Assembly: GCF_963921235.1 (NCBI RefSeq)
Contig: NC_086097.1
Coordinates: 97,466,001 to 97,530,000, forward strand
Length of the DNA: 64,000 nucleotides
Reading direction: 5' to 3'
Origin: Mobula hypostoma
Lineage: Eukaryota
Made by a program: the position numbers and the translations under genes. Below, piece by piece: positions 62,611 to 64,000 of the stretch. Below the pieces are notes generated by a model. It was not told the origin of the DNA. It made no database searches and saw only the letters and a list, made by a program, of their open reading frames with translations. Within the stretch, counting starts at the first letter, position 1, and each line of letters begins with the position of its first letter.

Positions 62611-64000
62611 ACCTCTTTCAATAATTAAAATCATTAATATACCAAGAGGCTACAACGAGATCTATGTAGAGATCACGAAAACAACGTAGAGATACACTGA
62701 TAGGAGGGTTGTTACCATGATGCAATGAGAATTTTAAACCCTTAGTGTTACCACCCAGAAAGCCATACAAGTCAGCAAGCATTGGATTGACAGGATGGGA
62801 TGGGATGCAATGCAAGTTAGGATATACGTTTTCCATTGTTTTGGAACAACTCAAGTCTATGTTGGGTCAATAGTGTAGGCTGGTCAGAACATTAGGATAA
62901 TAAGCAATTGATCAGGATTTCAGTAGCAGATAATACGAGCATTATGGTTTTGAGAGATATTAGAGAAACTTCAAAACAGATAACACTGGTAAGGAATCTA
63001 TGATCTAAAACTCAGACCAGAATGAAATATATCATGAAGTTACTCAGGCCACTGCCTCGGAGTAGGAGTGTCCCATTTCAAACCAGCAGTCCCACAGAAA
63101 AGTGATCTCACCCTGTGAAGTTCCACTGAAAAGGGTCAGTCAATGTGGATTTATCAGCACGACCTCTCTTGGTAAAAAATGCATGAGTTATCAACCTCCT
63201 TTCAGTGCATCTCCACAACCCAACTTGTGAAAAAGAAACTAACCAGCATTCTGTGACTTATTTCAATACCTACTTGTAGATTCCAACATGGAAAACAAAT
63301 GTAATTAAAACAAAAAAGAAGTGAATGCCTTTTGAGGACTGAGAGATAAGTACAAAGAGGCGATTCCAGAATAGGACTTTGGCAGCTAAGCATTATGAAC
63401 TGGGCAAGAGGCCAGAATAAGGGGAAGACTGATAGCTCAGGAGGATGTAAGGAAAAAGTTAAATGTGATTCCTCCTTGCTAAAATAAAGTGGAAGTCTGT
63501 AGACAAAGTGCTGTTAGTTTGGGGTGTGATTGTTTTGAGAAAATACAAGAGAATCAATCCACAGCAATGATTTGAGACAGTTCAGAGACTACAAGTCTAT
63601 AGCCATAACAGTGGAAGATGGTGAAAAACATGTTTTTCATGGGAAGGTGAGGTAATTATGCATATCCAGGTACCAAATGCACAGAAAAGTACCAGTGTAA
63701 GGGGCTTTGAAGGGTATAAAGGGGCACCTTCTTGGTGCAGGGGAAGAGAGTTTTGTCCCAGGCTAGATCTCCAGTGTTCAGATAGAGTACTCTATGTCGG
63801 GAGAGTCAGACTTAGACTTACACAGAGGGGGAGAGGGAGAGACTGCATGAAAGTCTGTTGGCATTCCACAGTTTAGCTCATTTGCAGGACAATAAATATT
63901 ATTTTGATTTCTGTACTGCTACTACTTACTGCTTTTGAGATTTGTTTTTCTTTCTGTATTGCATTTGTGCTAGTTCTAATAAAGTGTTTTCTTGTGGCCC

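Noticed and set aside
62618..64000. Short ORFs at the window end as host exons
   Set aside because: No recognisable protein motifs or convincing splice context.

Overview
Eukaryotic, repeat-saturated intergenic or intronic DNA. No host exon, tRNA, rRNA or CRISPR feature could be supported. The repeat complement (CR1, Rex1/Babar, RTE and L1 LINEs, Penelope-like elements with hammerhead motifs, an HE1/V-type SINE) points to a vertebrate, probably a shark or ray (inference). Resolvable structures include a degenerate but two-LTR Gypsy element (5451-9997) interrupted by a 6-bp-TSD hAT-like element, an internally deleted Buster/Charlie-type hAT (20136-21822), a three-level LINE nest (22030-29070), two near-identical young CR1 copies in opposite orientation, several Penelope-like elements and several solo LTRs. 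The most unusual item is a 1.46-kb LTR element (32046-33504, minus strand, CTCTC TSD) whose gag-pol core has been replaced by about 230 bp of sequence encoding part of the splicing factor RBM25. Also notable are a hairpin-forming patchwork insertion inside an RTE copied from its own 3' flank, and head-to-head hammerhead-bearing Penelope termini. Family names come from motif recognition by eye, not from database searches, and boundaries without a TSD are approximate.
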